Shown: positions 38,426-47,983 of the stretch, piece after piece | Position numbering within the stretch: the first letter of the stretch is position 1 | Layout: each line of letters starts with the position of its first letter | Assembly: GCA_030646995.1 (NCBI GenBank) | Contig: JAUSKF010000004.1 | Location: forward strand, 20,404-84,403 | Source: a bacterium | Lineage (GTDB): Bacteria; Patescibacteriota; Minisyncoccia; UBA6257; WO2-44-18 | Reading direction: 5' to 3' | Length of the DNA stretch: 64,000 nucleotides | The notes under the pieces: model-generated | Seen by the model: only the letters and a program-made list of their open reading frames with translations | What the model was told of the DNA's origin: nothing | Database searches by the model: none | Made by a program: the position numbers and the translations under genes

Positions 38426-38557
38426 CTATTTGTCAAGAAGTCTGTTTAAGCACGCTAAAACCTCCTCAACGTCAACACCGCCTTCTCTAATAGACGTAAA
38501 ATCTATGATTGTTTCCCAGCCCTCTTCTTGTTTCTTTGACTCTAAAAATTTAGCCAT
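38426..38557 (-). CDS. Small 43-aa ORF after hicA, absent from the ORF track
   Basis: MAKFLESKKQEEGWETIIDFTSIREGGVDVEEVLACLNRLLDK; start overlaps the hicA 3' end. Confidence 0.45.
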   Translation of the reverse strand: MAKFLESKKQEEGWETIIDFTSIREGGVDVEEVLACLNRLLDK

Positions 38558-38775
38558 TTGTCCTTTGGAATACCGGACTGCGCAATCATACCCTTGAAAG
38601 TTCGAGGTTTAAAAGTTTTTGATGAATGAAACGGTACGCAAACTTGCATCAATTTTCCCTCATAGACTCCGGTGAAAAAATGATGACTCCCCTCCGTATG
38701 ATTCAGGCGAAAACCGTGCTCTTTTAAAAACTCTACAACATCATGAAACGTCCAATTAAAAACCTTTCTAGGCAT
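38542..38775 (-). CDS. hicA: HicA-family toxin
   Basis: L-EHGF...GSH...VPFH...I-QSGI, 77 aa. Confidence 0.85.
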   Translation of the reverse strand: MPRKVFNWTFHDVVEFLKEHGFRLNHTEGSHHFFTGVYEGKLMQVCVPFHSSKTFKPRTFKGMIAQSGIPKDKWLNF

Positions 38776-39109
38776 GCACCAAGCTACGGTTACTCATGCT
38801 GCCAAAAGTAAACACGTTTGACGGCACATCTTCTTTATTAGACTTTTTTACCTCCAATGAGTTCCACATATTTTCATATTCGGAATCAGTTTTTTGATTC
38901 AAAATATGATTGATTCGAGCTTTGGCCTTTTTAGCTGATTTTAAATATCCACGGGTGGCTTCAAGCAAAAGGAACAGAGCCTCATCGGGCGTGTCGCCCG
39001 ATTCCACAATATTAAATTCCAAACCAACGCCATACCAAACACCCTCTTCGCGAAAGATTATATACCTTAAAGACCCTTTTTGCAGAGTATTTTGATGTAG
39101 TTTAGTCAT
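38768..39109 (-). CDS. HicB-like antitoxin
   Basis: W-GV-LEFNIV-SGDTPDEA...L-EA--GY RNase H-like HicB pattern; coupled upstream of hicA. Confidence 0.7.
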   Translation of the reverse strand: MTKLHQNTLQKGSLRYIIFREEGVWYGVGLEFNIVESGDTPDEALFLLLEATRGYLKSAKKAKARINHILNQKTDSEYENMWNSLEVKKSNKEDVPSNVFTFGSMSNRSLVHA

Positions 39110-39166
39110 TGACTGTTAGTTTAATTTTAACAGAGGGAGGGGGAGGGGTCAATCAGCTACCAAGCC

Positions 39167-40399
39167 CTACATCTGCCTTATTTCCTCCACTATCTTATCC
39201 AACCCAATCGCGCGGGAACCTTTTATCAATATCAAATCCCCTTTTTTCAATAAATCCTGCACCGGAATCCTTGCTTCATCTGCGAAGTCGAAAGTAAAAA
39301 TATTTTTCCTAGCCAGCCCGGCTTTCTGCGCGGCATCGGCAATAAACTTCGCTCTCGGCCCAACAGTTATGATAATATCAAAAACTTTTTCGGCTAACCG
39401 ACCGACGTTCTCATGAGCTTCAATTGCATACTTTCCAATCTCCAACATATCTCCCAGCACCGCTATTTTTCTTAGTGCCTTAAAATCTTTCATCGTATCA
39501 ATGGCGGCGTGCATTGAAAGCGGAGAGGCGTTATAGCTATCATCAAAAATTAAAGTATCTTTTATTCCTTTAATAATTCTACCGCGACGCTGTGGCACCT
39601 GATAATAAGCCAAGGCCTCCGAGATACGCACAAGATTCATACCGAAAGAAAATCCTACTGCTGCTGCTGCGGCGGCGGCATAAGCCTGAGCCCTACCAAA
39701 GGCTCCATCAAGACGAACCGGCACGAAACTGCCTCCATATTCCAATTTAAAAGTAAGACCGACAGGATGGCCGTCTTCCATTCTGTTTTCAAAATTAGTA
39801 ATCCGCACTTCGGCGCCACTCGCAAAACCAAAAGTAATCACGTGAGCGCGAGTCTTCTCCCTCATTTCATATACCGCCTCATCATCAAAATTCAGAACTG
39901 AAAAACCGATAGCCGGCAAAGCTTCAACCAATCTGGCTTTTTCCCGCGCCACCGCATCGGGCCCGCTATAAAACTCAACGTGCACAGGAATATCGCCGAT
40001 TGCCGTCACCACTCCGATCTGCGGCCGGGCCATCTCCAAAAGATATTTCAAATCGCCGGGCTTATCGGCTCCGTACTCCAATACCAAAATTTCCGGATAA
40101 GAGCCGCGAATCACTAGCCTCATCAAAGAGGAAAGAATCACTTTAATCCAGAAAAAAATACCCCCCGATTTTTCCCAAGTTCCTAAAATTGTGAGCGGCA
40201 AACCAAATTCATTATTAAAATTTCCGGTTGAGGCCCGAACTTTCCGGATTGAGCGTAGGGTCGTCAAAATCGCTTCTTTGGTAGAAGTCTTCCCTACGGT
40301 ACCGGTAATGCCCACAATTCCCGGCTGATACTTACGTAAAGTCCATCGCACCAGCAACCTCAAAATCCCCCTCAATTGATTGCGTAAAAATGATCGCAT
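39167..40399 (-). CDS. murF: UDP-MurNAc-tripeptide D-Ala-D-Ala ligase
   Basis: GITGTVGKTSTKE, NNEFGLPLT, DDSYNASP, LGDMLEIG, KGSR. Confidence 0.93.
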   Translation of the reverse strand: MRSFLRNQLRGILRLLVRWTLRKYQPGIVGITGTVGKTSTKEAILTTLRSIRKVRASTGNFNNEFGLPLTILGTWEKSGGIFFWIKVILSSLMRLVIRGSYPEILVLEYGADKPGDLKYLLEMARPQIGVVTAIGDIPVHVEFYSGPDAVAREKARLVEALPAIGFSVLNFDDEAVYEMREKTRAHVITFGFASGAEVRITNFENRMEDGHPVGLTFKLEYGGSFVPVRLDGAFGRAQAYAAAAAAAVGFSFGMNLVRISEALAYYQVPQRRGRIIKGIKDTLIFDDSYNASPLSMHAAIDTMKDFKALRKIAVLGDMLEIGKYAIEAHENVGRLAEKVFDIIITVGPRAKFIADAAQKAGLARKNIFTFDFADEARIPVQDLLKKGDLILIKGSRAIGLDKIVEEIRQM

Positions 40400-41994
40400 T
40401 AGTTTTTATCGGCCAAATCGTCTGCCGGAATATTATAGTAGTTTAGTATAAATTGAGCTAATTCCCTAAAAGCGGGCACCACGGTAGAGCCAGCAAGGCT
40501 CGCGCCTTTGGGTTTATCAATTTTCATCAGAATTGAAAACTTCGGATCAGAGGCCGGCCCAAATCCGACATAGCTATGAATATATTGGTCGCCGTATCCT
40601 CCCCTCTTAAAATCCGGAACCTGCGCAGTACCGGTTTTGCCGGCAATTTCATATCCATTAATTCTGGCAATCTCGGCCTTGTCTACGGCGGAGACCATCA
40701 TCGCAGTAACCAAATCAGCGGACTCTTTGGAAATTACATCATTCATTTTTTCGGCCGGCAAACCCTTGACGATGTGGGGCCGCATTAACTCTCCATCGTT
40801 AGCGATAGCAGAAACAGCGTTAATCAACTGCATGGGCGTTACCGAAACACCCTGACCGAAAGCGGCGGTAGCAAAATTGATATCCCGAGTGGCAGTTTTC
40901 AAATTAGTCAGTTTGCCCGATAATTCGCCGGGCAAAGTAATGCCGGTAGGATCATCAAAGCCAAACTTCAAAAGATAATTATAAAATATATCATGGCCGG
41001 TCTTTTTTTCCGCGAAAGATGCTCCGGTATTAATAGACTGCTCGATAACTTCGGTCATAGTGACATTGCCATGAGCTTTGCCGTCCCAGTTTTTAATTGT
41101 CTTCCCATTCAGAGTCAGGGAACCGCTGTCGTAAAATTTCGTAGTCGGAGTAATTTTGCCAGAATCAATTCCGGCCGCCATCGTCAACACCTTGAACACC
41201 GAACCGGGCTCATACACGCCCTGAATCGCCGGATTAGTGAAAGACCGAATCGGGTAATCAGCATATGCGTTAGGATCAAAATTCTCGAAACTTCCCATAG
41301 CTAGAATCTCTCCGGTCTTAGGCACCTGCACAATCACTGTGCCACCCTCTGCTCCATGTTTATCAATTAAAGCTTTTAGAATCTTTTCGGCCTGCGCCTG
41401 AATGTTTCGGTCGATGGTCAAGTAGACATCATCGCGGCCTAAAGAATCTTCGTAATAGGCTTCTACACCATAACGGCCCGTCAGGGCCCCATCTTCACTG
41501 CCCTGACCCACGAAACCAAGAACTTGAGATGCCAGATTAGCGAAAGGGTAGAATCGGAAATATTCACTGTCGATGTAAATACCCTTGAGGCCCAATGCCC
41601 GAACCTTTGACACCTGTTCGTTGGTTGCCTTGGAAGATAATAATTCATATTGATCGTTCGGCGTGGAAGGCTTCAGGTGAATTTTGCCGGCCGCAATATT
41701 CAAAATCGACGACAGGGCATTGGCTGCTTCATCGGGATCTTCCACGTCTTTCGGCACGGCAAAAATCACCGGAAATTGTCGGTTAAAAACCGCCGGAATC
41801 TCATTACCGCTTTTATCCGTAAAATAAATAGTGCCCCGAGTGGAATTTAAATAAGAAACACCCCGCGATTGCGAAACGGCTTTGGCGGCATAAATACTCC
41901 CCTTCTTAATCTGTAAATTATAGATATTCAGGATCAGCGCGGAATAAGTGAAAAATATTGAGGCGGTAATCAGCCATAATCTCCAAGTTTTCAT
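40399..41994 (-). CDS. ftsI: Class B penicillin-binding protein (FtsI-like)
   Basis: EPGSVFK, SIN, KTGTAQ; dcw cluster position. Confidence 0.85.
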   Translation of the reverse strand: MKTWRLWLITASIFFTYSALILNIYNLQIKKGSIYAAKAVSQSRGVSYLNSTRGTIYFTDKSGNEIPAVFNRQFPVIFAVPKDVEDPDEAANALSSILNIAAGKIHLKPSTPNDQYELLSSKATNEQVSKVRALGLKGIYIDSEYFRFYPFANLASQVLGFVGQGSEDGALTGRYGVEAYYEDSLGRDDVYLTIDRNIQAQAEKILKALIDKHGAEGGTVIVQVPKTGEILAMGSFENFDPNAYADYPIRSFTNPAIQGVYEPGSVFKVLTMAAGIDSGKITPTTKFYDSGSLTLNGKTIKNWDGKAHGNVTMTEVIEQSINTGASFAEKKTGHDIFYNYLLKFGFDDPTGITLPGELSGKLTNLKTATRDINFATAAFGQGVSVTPMQLINAVSAIANDGELMRPHIVKGLPAEKMNDVISKESADLVTAMMVSAVDKAEIARINGYEIAGKTGTAQVPDFKRGGYGDQYIHSYVGFGPASDPKFSILMKIDKPKGASLAGSTVVPAFRELAQFILNYYNIPADDLADKN

Positions 41995-42281
41995 CGCTGC
42001 GCTAAATACTCCGGCTTGCGCTCCTTTATCAATCCTAATTTTCCGGCCAGAACATCAGCGTTTTCTATATCCAACGCCAAATAAAGCTGATTTTTCAAAT
42101 CGGCGTTCTCTGCCCGCACAATCTCTGTTTTTTTATGATTTTCTTTTAAAGAATAATTCAACTGCACGCTCTGATTATAAGCAAAAATACTTAAACCCGC
42201 TTCAAATAAAACCAAACCCATAAGCAAATAGGCTACTATTTTAGATTTAAAACTATTTTTATTTGGTTCAATGATTGTCAT
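41991..42281 (-). CDS. FtsL-like bitopic coiled-coil protein
   Basis: TM plus coiled coil between rsmH and the PBP gene. Confidence 0.65.
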   Translation of the reverse strand: MTIIEPNKNSFKSKIVAYLLMGLVLFEAGLSIFAYNQSVQLNYSLKENHKKTEIVRAENADLKNQLYLALDIENADVLAGKLGLIKERKPEYLAQR

Positions 42282-43168
42282 ATGATTTGTGCGGCCCGTA
42301 TCTTGGCCGAGCGAGAGCGTGGATTACTCCTCACCTCTTCGTCGCTGGCCTCAACCGGTTTTTTGGTCAGAATTTTCAATTTCTCTTCCTTGGCATAATC
42401 ACGGAAATAATTTTTGACTATCTTGTCTTCCAAAGAATGGAACGAAATTATCGCGACTCGCCCGCCGGATTTAACTATCTTGAACAAATCCTTCAAAACT
42501 TTTTCCAGATTGCCCAGCTCGTTGTTGGCATAAATGCGCAGCGCTTGGAAAGTACGGGTCGCGGGATGAATTCTTCCATGCTCATAATTTCCTGGCACTG
42601 CTGATTTCACCGCCTCCGCTAAATCGAAGGTGGTGTTAATTCCCCGTCGGTGAATGATCTCTTTGATTACTCGGGCGATTCTCCCCGAAAATTTCTCTCC
42701 TCCCAAATCCCGAATGATTCCTGCTAACTCTTTCTCGGTCAGCTCTTTTAAAATCGTGCGGACGGGATTTTGATTGATGTCATAAACCATCGCCAACGGT
42801 TCATTGATCTGAAAGCTGAAGCCCTTGCCACCGCCAAGCTGCTCGGAAGAGAAACCTAAATCAAGAAGAAGACCATCGGCTTTGCCCAGTTTTTTGGCTT
42901 TCAAAATCTCCACAAGGTCGGCGTAATTTTCTCCGGTCTTTTCCCAATCAATGGCCAGTAGCCTCCCTCCGCCGGCTGGCGGACCAATCCGTTCCTGAAT
43001 CGCCCGACTATGACCACCGGCTCCGAAGGTTCCGTCAATGAAAAATTCTCCCGGCTTCGGTTCGAGAAATTTCAGAACTTCATTTAAAAGAACGGGCACG
43101 TGACCACCGACTGACGACTTATGACTGGCGACTGAAGGACTTGTCGTTAGTTGTTTGTCGTAAGTCAT
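42278..43168 (-). CDS. rsmH: 16S rRNA m4C1402 methyltransferase
   Basis: HVPVLL-EV, DGTFGAGGHS, HPATRTFQALRI, SFHSLED, NPRSRSAK. Confidence 0.96.
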   Translation of the reverse strand: MTYDKQLTTSPSVASHKSSVGGHVPVLLNEVLKFLEPKPGEFFIDGTFGAGGHSRAIQERIGPPAGGGRLLAIDWEKTGENYADLVEILKAKKLGKADGLLLDLGFSSEQLGGGKGFSFQINEPLAMVYDINQNPVRTILKELTEKELAGIIRDLGGEKFSGRIARVIKEIIHRRGINTTFDLAEAVKSAVPGNYEHGRIHPATRTFQALRIYANNELGNLEKVLKDLFKIVKSGGRVAIISFHSLEDKIVKNYFRDYAKEEKLKILTKKPVEASDEEVRSNPRSRSAKIRAAQII

Positions 43169-43171
43169 TTG

Positions 43172-43603
43172 TTAAATTCCGAGCTCTCCCAACTTTTCGG
43201 CTATGTCGTCGGAAGAGGCTTCGGTTTTAGATTTGTAGGACTTCCAGTTTGCTTCATCCCAAATTTCAATTCGGTCGTAGAGTCCGGCAAAAATCGCCTG
43301 CTTTTTTAGCGATGCATAAATTCGCAAATATTCCGGAATCAGAATTCTTCCCTGATTATCAAATTCCACTTCACTCGCGCCGGCGAGCATCAAACGAGCA
43401 AACGCCCGAGAGTCGGATTTCATAAAAGACATAGCCGCAATCTTGGCAGTTAATTTTTCCCAGCTCTCTTTCGTGAATACAAATAAACAATGATCAAGTC
43501 CACGCGCGATAATTGCTCCATCGCCAAGCTTCGGCCGAAATTTAGCGGGTAAAGCTACTCGCCCCTTAGTATCTAAGCTATGTGTGTATTCTCCAATGAA
43601 CAT
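43172..43603 (-). CDS. mraZ: Division/cell-wall cluster regulator MraZ
   Basis: MFIGEY-H-LD-KGR, D-QGRILIP, RIEIW. Confidence 0.96.
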   Translation of the reverse strand: MFIGEYTHSLDTKGRVALPAKFRPKLGDGAIIARGLDHCLFVFTKESWEKLTAKIAAMSFMKSDSRAFARLMLAGASEVEFDNQGRILIPEYLRIYASLKKQAIFAGLYDRIEIWDEANWKSYKSKTEASSDDIAEKLGELGI

Positions 43604-43669
43604 TTTTTATATTTTTTAAGCTCGTTTAAGCTTAATTACTCTCCTATCAGTTGTCCCCAGATTCGGCGG

Positions 43670-43699
43670 TTATCCCCACCTTTATCCACTTTTCACCAC
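43670..43699 (-). promoter_or_regulatory. MraZ-binding direct repeats
   Basis: Three GTGG at exact 10-bp period: GTGGtgaaaa GTGGataaag GTGGggataa, upstream of mraZ. Confidence 0.8.
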
Positions 43700-43817
43700 T
43701 ACCAACTAAATATAGCTTAAAGTGAGCTCATGCAAAACCCACTTTATCCCCAAAAGTTAATCACGACTTTTTAGGCATTGAAAAAGAACCAATTAAGCAT
43801 TAGATTAAATAAATCTT

Positions 43818-43889
43818 GCGCCCTTAGCTCAGTGGTAGAGCGTTCCATTCACATTGGAAAGGCCGTTGGTCCGATTCCAACAGGGCGCA
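43818..43889 (+). tRNA. tRNA-Val(CAC)
   Basis: GCGCCCT/AGGGCGC acceptor, TAGCTCAGTGGTAGAGC D-arm, TTCCA-TT-CAC-AT-TGGAA; T-loop reads TCCGA. Confidence 0.9.
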
Positions 43890-43925
43890 CAATAAAAAAA
43901 TCCGCCCGGTTAGGGGCGGGGGCTA

Positions 43926-44255
43926 TCAACTGATGAACTTTCGTGCACTGCGAATCCACGGCCTTTTTTCTCTGTGTCCATTCTGACAAGACGAAAGATT
44001 GACGAGCAATTTCTTAGCCAGCATGTCCACGGGTGTCGCCAGGAAACGCTTCAAAATATTAAGACGATTTTGCAGATGAAGACTGCGACCTTCCGGCAAC
44101 GGCTCGGGGGTAATCATCAAATTTGATCCCCGATTCGTCGCAGAGTGATCCCGCAAAGCTTTACGCATTTCATGGGATCGAGCGTAAACCTTCATTCCTC
44201 TTCGATTCGCCCAGCCTTTCTTGAGAACTGATCCTTCGCCGGGAAACTGCAGCAT
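43926..44255 (-). CDS. Hypothetical basic protein
   Basis: 109-aa ORF with AAGGAG SD, TTGACT/TATAAT upstream and a downstream hairpin. Confidence 0.55.
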   Translation of the reverse strand: MLQFPGEGSVLKKGWANRRGMKVYARSHEMRKALRDHSATNRGSNLMITPEPLPEGRSLHLQNRLNILKRFLATPVDMLAKKLLVNLSSCQNGHREKRPWIRSARKFIS

Positions 44256-44333
44256 CCGTTTCTCCTTAATTTGAAACCGAAAAGATTATAAATCAAAAAG
44301 ACCCCACAGTCAAGGGGGTCTTTTTGATAGAAT

Positions 44334-44705
44334 TTATTTCAATTCCACAGTCGCGCCGGCAGCTTCCAACTTTTTCTTCAAGTCTTCGGCTTCCTCTTTC
44401 TTCATTCCGGCTTTCACAACTTTCGGGGCGGCATCTACGATGTCCTTAGCTTCTTTCAAGCCAAGACCTGTGACTTCGCGGATAACCTTGATGACCTGGA
44501 TTTTCTGGCCACCACCCACAGTCAACATGACATCCCAAGCGGTTTTCTCTTCCGCTTCGGCGCCACCTGCTCCACCACCTACTCCGGCAGCGGCCGGCAT
44601 CGAGGCAGAAACTCCGAACTTCTCTTCCATTGCTTTTACTAACTCAGCAAGCTCGGTAACTTTCATATCGCCAATCTTAGTGAGTAAATCTTGATATTTT
44701 TCCAT
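44334..44705 (-). CDS. rplL: 50S ribosomal protein L7/L12
   Basis: [37 protein letters not shown]. Confidence 0.97.
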   Translation of the reverse strand: MEKYQDLLTKIGDMKVTELAELVKAMEEKFGVSASMPAAAGVGGGAGGAEAEEKTAWDVMLTVGGGQKIQVIKVIREVTGLGLKEAKDIVDAAPKVVKAGMKKEEAEDLKKKLEAAGATVELK

Positions 44706-44734
44706 TGTTTTGTTTATTTATTATTTCGACTTTT

Positions 44735-45379
44735 TTATTGACTAGCTGGGGCTGGCTCAACCGCAGGGGCTCCGCCAGTTGGCGGATGGACTGCTTCCGA
44801 AGCTGGCACTACAGACGTTTCCGCTGAAGATTCAACGGGGGCTGGAACGCTAGCCACAGGAGCTTTATCCGCCGAGGCGGAGGCTTTCTTTGCTAACTCG
44901 CCAAGCATGTACATGAACGCGCGAAGCGGACCTGTAATACCACTAATCACCATCGAAAGCAGAACCTCGCGGCCCGGCAATTTGGCGATTACAGCAAACT
45001 CTTCTACGGAAACGGCTTGCTTGTTCGCTAAGTCATAAGCCCCCAAGACGATAAAATTTTTCTTGGTTCTGGCCAACTCTTTAGCAAACTTGTGAATCGT
45101 AGCCGCGATAGAACTCAAATCTTCAGGAATAAAGAAGGTGCCGACTTGGGTTTTAAATTGCAAAGGATCAAACGCCACTCCCATTTCTTTCAGGGTGATG
45201 TTCAATAAACGCTTTTTGAAAACCTTGAAGGACGCGCCAACTTTCTTCGCCTCGATCTTGATTCTGCGGATGGAAGCGGTGTCTACGCCGGTAAAATCAG
45301 CAAATACCAAAGTCTTGCTCCCCTTCACCATCTCTGCGCTCTTATCTATGTGCTGTTTTTTCTGCGCTTTAGTTAACAT
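44735..45379 (-). CDS. rplJ: 50S ribosomal protein L10 with Ala/Pro-rich tail
   Basis: TK-QK, FKVFKKRL, AKLPGREVL; upstream of rplL. Confidence 0.92.
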   Translation of the reverse strand: MLTKAQKKQHIDKSAEMVKGSKTLVFADFTGVDTASIRRIKIEAKKVGASFKVFKKRLLNITLKEMGVAFDPLQFKTQVGTFFIPEDLSSIAATIHKFAKELARTKKNFIVLGAYDLANKQAVSVEEFAVIAKLPGREVLLSMVISGITGPLRAFMYMLGELAKKASASADKAPVASVPAPVESSAETSVVPASEAVHPPTGGAPAVEPAPASQ

Positions 45380-45534
45380 TTATTTTTTGAACGAAGTGAA
45401 ATGAATCACTCCGCTATCTAGCATTTCGACCTTTTTTATTTTTGTAATTCAGGCCTCCGCTAACAAAAATGGACCTTTACGGTCCACAGGTGAATTCAGT
45501 AACTAGTAACTAGAAAATAGTAACTAGAACTTGG

Positions 45535-45590
45535 ATTTCCTAGGCGGGACTTGTTTCGCTTTTTCGCGAATGCCCACCGTCTGCGGATTA
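45535..45590 (-). promoter_or_regulatory. Putative L10 leader (rplJ autoregulatory RNA)
   Basis: Minus strand CCGCAGACGGTGGG...CCCGCCTAGG resembles the L10-leader kink-turn pattern; upstream of rplJ. Confidence 0.65.
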
Positions 45591-45636
45591 CGAATAATAT
45601 ACTCCACCTCCTCACAAAAGTCAACGTCGCTATTCA

Positions 45637-45724
45637 GTCATTGCGAGCGAAGCGCGGCAATCTTACGATAGTGCTATTTATAAATAACATCAGTGTAAGA
45701 TTACTTCATTTCACTCGTAATGAC
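45637..45724. repeat. REP/RPE-like palindromic element
   Basis: GTCATTGCGAGCGAAGCGCGGCAATCT...AGATTACTTC...CTCGTAATGAC imperfect inverted repeat. Confidence 0.7.
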
Positions 45725-45800
45725 GGATAGAGTAAGTGCCTCGCGATGACATATAAAAAAATCCCCGTGTTTAACGCGTTGAACACGGGGATTTGAAATT

Positions 45801-46568
45801 CTAGTGAACGACTGCCGTACTGGGAGCTCGATCGCAAATCATCTTGGCCAGATGAGGCACGTCGCCAAGCTTCATCTTGCCGTTCTTGCCAACCTCGACA
45901 GCCTCTCCGAGAAGCGTCCAGCCTTCCTCCTCGGAAACCTTGTCCTTATCCTGGATCTTGCTGAACATCGTCAGATGACTTTGCGGAGCCATGACCTTCG
46001 CCTCCGGAATCTCTTCTTTTGGACTGGGCTTCGGACTCATCAGGTACCTGTAGTAGGCCCCGCCAGCCATGAAGAGACCCACGAAGACGTTGCTGGCCAG
46101 GAGGAGAGCCGATGCGGCGAAAACATAATGCAACGGCTGGATCATCCCCATCTGATGCAATTTCCACACGGAACTCGGCAGGCTGGCAAGCGGAGTCTCT
46201 GCAAGAGCAATCCAGGGAACGCTCGAGGAAGTGGTGAGCGCAGCCGTAACGAGACAATATAGGTAAAAGACCATCGCGCCAAACACGACACCCCCATCAG
46301 AGCCCTCATCCTTCGCGACTTTGATGGAGGCGAACGGAAAGATCGCGATTGATCCGCGATTGCGGATTGCCCACTTCCCCACCGCGATCGGCACGGTAAT
46401 CGGCAACTTCAGGATAGAACCGAGATTCCACAGGATCAGCATCGGAAGCTGGACGAGAGCCACATAAGCTCCCGACCCGATCACCTGCAAGATCGCCATC
46501 GGCACCATCAGCGGGTACACCACCAGCTTGACCGGGAACAGCGCGGACGAACCGAGAAACTTCAGCAT
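45801..46568 (-). CDS. Hypothetical membrane protein
   Basis: Likely ATG 46568 with GGAG SD; several hydrophobic segments; higher GC3 than neighbours. Confidence 0.65.
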   Translation of the reverse strand: MLKFLGSSALFPVKLVVYPLMVPMAILQVIGSGAYVALVQLPMLILWNLGSILKLPITVPIAVGKWAIRNRGSIAIFPFASIKVAKDEGSDGGVVFGAMVFYLYCLVTAALTTSSSVPWIALAETPLASLPSSVWKLHQMGMIQPLHYVFAASALLLASNVFVGLFMAGGAYYRYLMSPKPSPKEEIPEAKVMAPQSHLTMFSKIQDKDKVSEEEGWTLLGEAVEVGKNGKMKLGDVPHLAKMICDRAPSTAVVH

Positions 46569-46687
46569 TGCCTTTCTCCCTAAATCAAACTTGTTTGATC
46601 GGGCGATCAATCCGCAATGGATTAATCTAGCCTTTCGAGGGACTGGCGGTATAATAAACAAAAAACTCCGCAAAGTCAATAGCGGAG

Positions 46688-46837
46688 CTACTCATAGTTT
46701 TTCGGATTCACGAAAATTCGGAAAGCAATTAAAGCGGCAATGATGCCCATTACTACCAACAAACTCCACGGCGGATTCAGAAACCAGACCAGCAGAAGCC
46801 CTGTAACCATGATTGCCAACGGCACGAATCGGATCAT
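46688..46837 (-). CDS. Small two-TM protein (49 aa), absent from the ORF track
   Basis: MIRFVPLAIMVTGLLLVWFLNPPWSLLVVMGIIAALIAFRIFVNPKNYE with GGAGG SD. Confidence 0.6.
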   Translation of the reverse strand: MIRFVPLAIMVTGLLLVWFLNPPWSLLVVMGIIAALIAFRIFVNPKNYE

Positions 46838-46867
46838 CGCGATCGCCTCCAGAGAACTAATATAAAT

Positions 46868-47536
46868 CTAAGCCTTCCCCCGCTCCTGGTCAATTTTCTT
46901 ATGATGCCCACTCACGAGAACCTTGGGGACGCGCCAGATTTTTGACTTACGACCAACGACAGCCTTGAATTCCTCGGGGCGAGTGTAGACTTCATACGAG
47001 CCTTTTATTTCTTCCAGAGATTCCATTTTTCCCAATACTCCTTGGATTTGGCGAGAGACGGCGTCTAGCAAAACCAGCGCCGGCAACTCCCCTCCCGACA
47101 ACACATAATCCCCGATAGAAATTTCTTCATCTGCCACATATTTCGCCACTCGTTCATCTACGCCTTCATAGCGACCGCAGATTAAAATCAGCTGGTCGTA
47201 TTTAGATAATCTTTTCGCGATTGTGTTATCAAACTTCTTCCCGCGGGTACTAAAAAGAATTGTCCTAACTTTCGGCTTCTTCCCCCGCTTCCCCATACTT
47301 AATACTTGATACTTAATACTTGATACTGCTTTGTAGATTGGCTCCACCTTCATCACCATCCCCGGCCCACCGCCGTAAACCTTATCGTCTACTTTATTGT
47401 GCTTATCGGTAGCGTAGTCGCGGATATTATGCGCCTGAATTTTAATAAGGCCTTTTTCTTGAGCGCGCTTAATAATGGACTCGGAAATATAGGAGTCAAA
47501 AATTTTCGGGAAAATTGTGAGAATGTGGAATTTCAT
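46868..47536 (-). CDS. trmD: tRNA (m1G37) methyltransferase
   Basis: VDD--YGGGPGMV, ICGRYEGVDER, SIGDYVLSGGE, YTRP. Confidence 0.97.
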   Translation of the reverse strand: MKFHILTIFPKIFDSYISESIIKRAQEKGLIKIQAHNIRDYATDKHNKVDDKVYGGGPGMVMKVEPIYKAVSSIKYQVLSMGKRGKKPKVRTILFSTRGKKFDNTIAKRLSKYDQLILICGRYEGVDERVAKYVADEEISIGDYVLSGGELPALVLLDAVSRQIQGVLGKMESLEEIKGSYEVYTRPEEFKAVVGRKSKIWRVPKVLVSGHHKKIDQERGKA

Positions 47537-47667
47537 ATGGAGTAATCGCGAATAATGCTAATTAAAGATTTAATAATGCGAATAAGCTCATGGTACTGCG
47601 GATCCGGGAAAACTAAAACCCCGCAATAATCGGGGTTTTAGTTATGTAAGATCCGCCAGCTGGCGGA

Positions 47668-47961
47668 CTACTCTTTTTCCTGACGTTCACGAGGAACGTG
47701 AGTGGAACCTTCCGGCTCTTCAATTTTTAAGTTCACGCGGGCATTATTCTTAATGCCAACGATTCTCAAAAGAGAGCGGATGGCCTTGGCGGTAGCGCCT
47801 TCGCGGCCGACTACCTGACCCATGTCCTGGAGATGTACTTTCAAAGAAAGTAGAACTCCCATTTCATCTACCGTGCGCTTCACCACGACATCATCGGGAT
47901 GATCAACGATAGATTTGACAAGGTATTCCAAGAACTCAAGATCTGTAGATTTTTCTGCCAT
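47668..47961 (-). CDS. KH-domain RNA-binding protein (KhpA-like)
   Basis: LVKSIVD-PD, DMGQVVGREG-TAKAIR; rpsP-KH-trmD order. Confidence 0.9.
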   Translation of the reverse strand: MAEKSTDLEFLEYLVKSIVDHPDDVVVKRTVDEMGVLLSLKVHLQDMGQVVGREGATAKAIRSLLRIVGIKNNARVNLKIEEPEGSTHVPRERQEKE

Positions 47962-47983
47962 TTCTTTCTATTCAGAATTTTAT

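Noticed and set aside
43818-43889. TCC instead of TTC in the tRNA-Val T-loop as pseudo-tRNA
   Set aside because: All stems pair and the D-arm is canonical; a single T-loop variant is insufficient.
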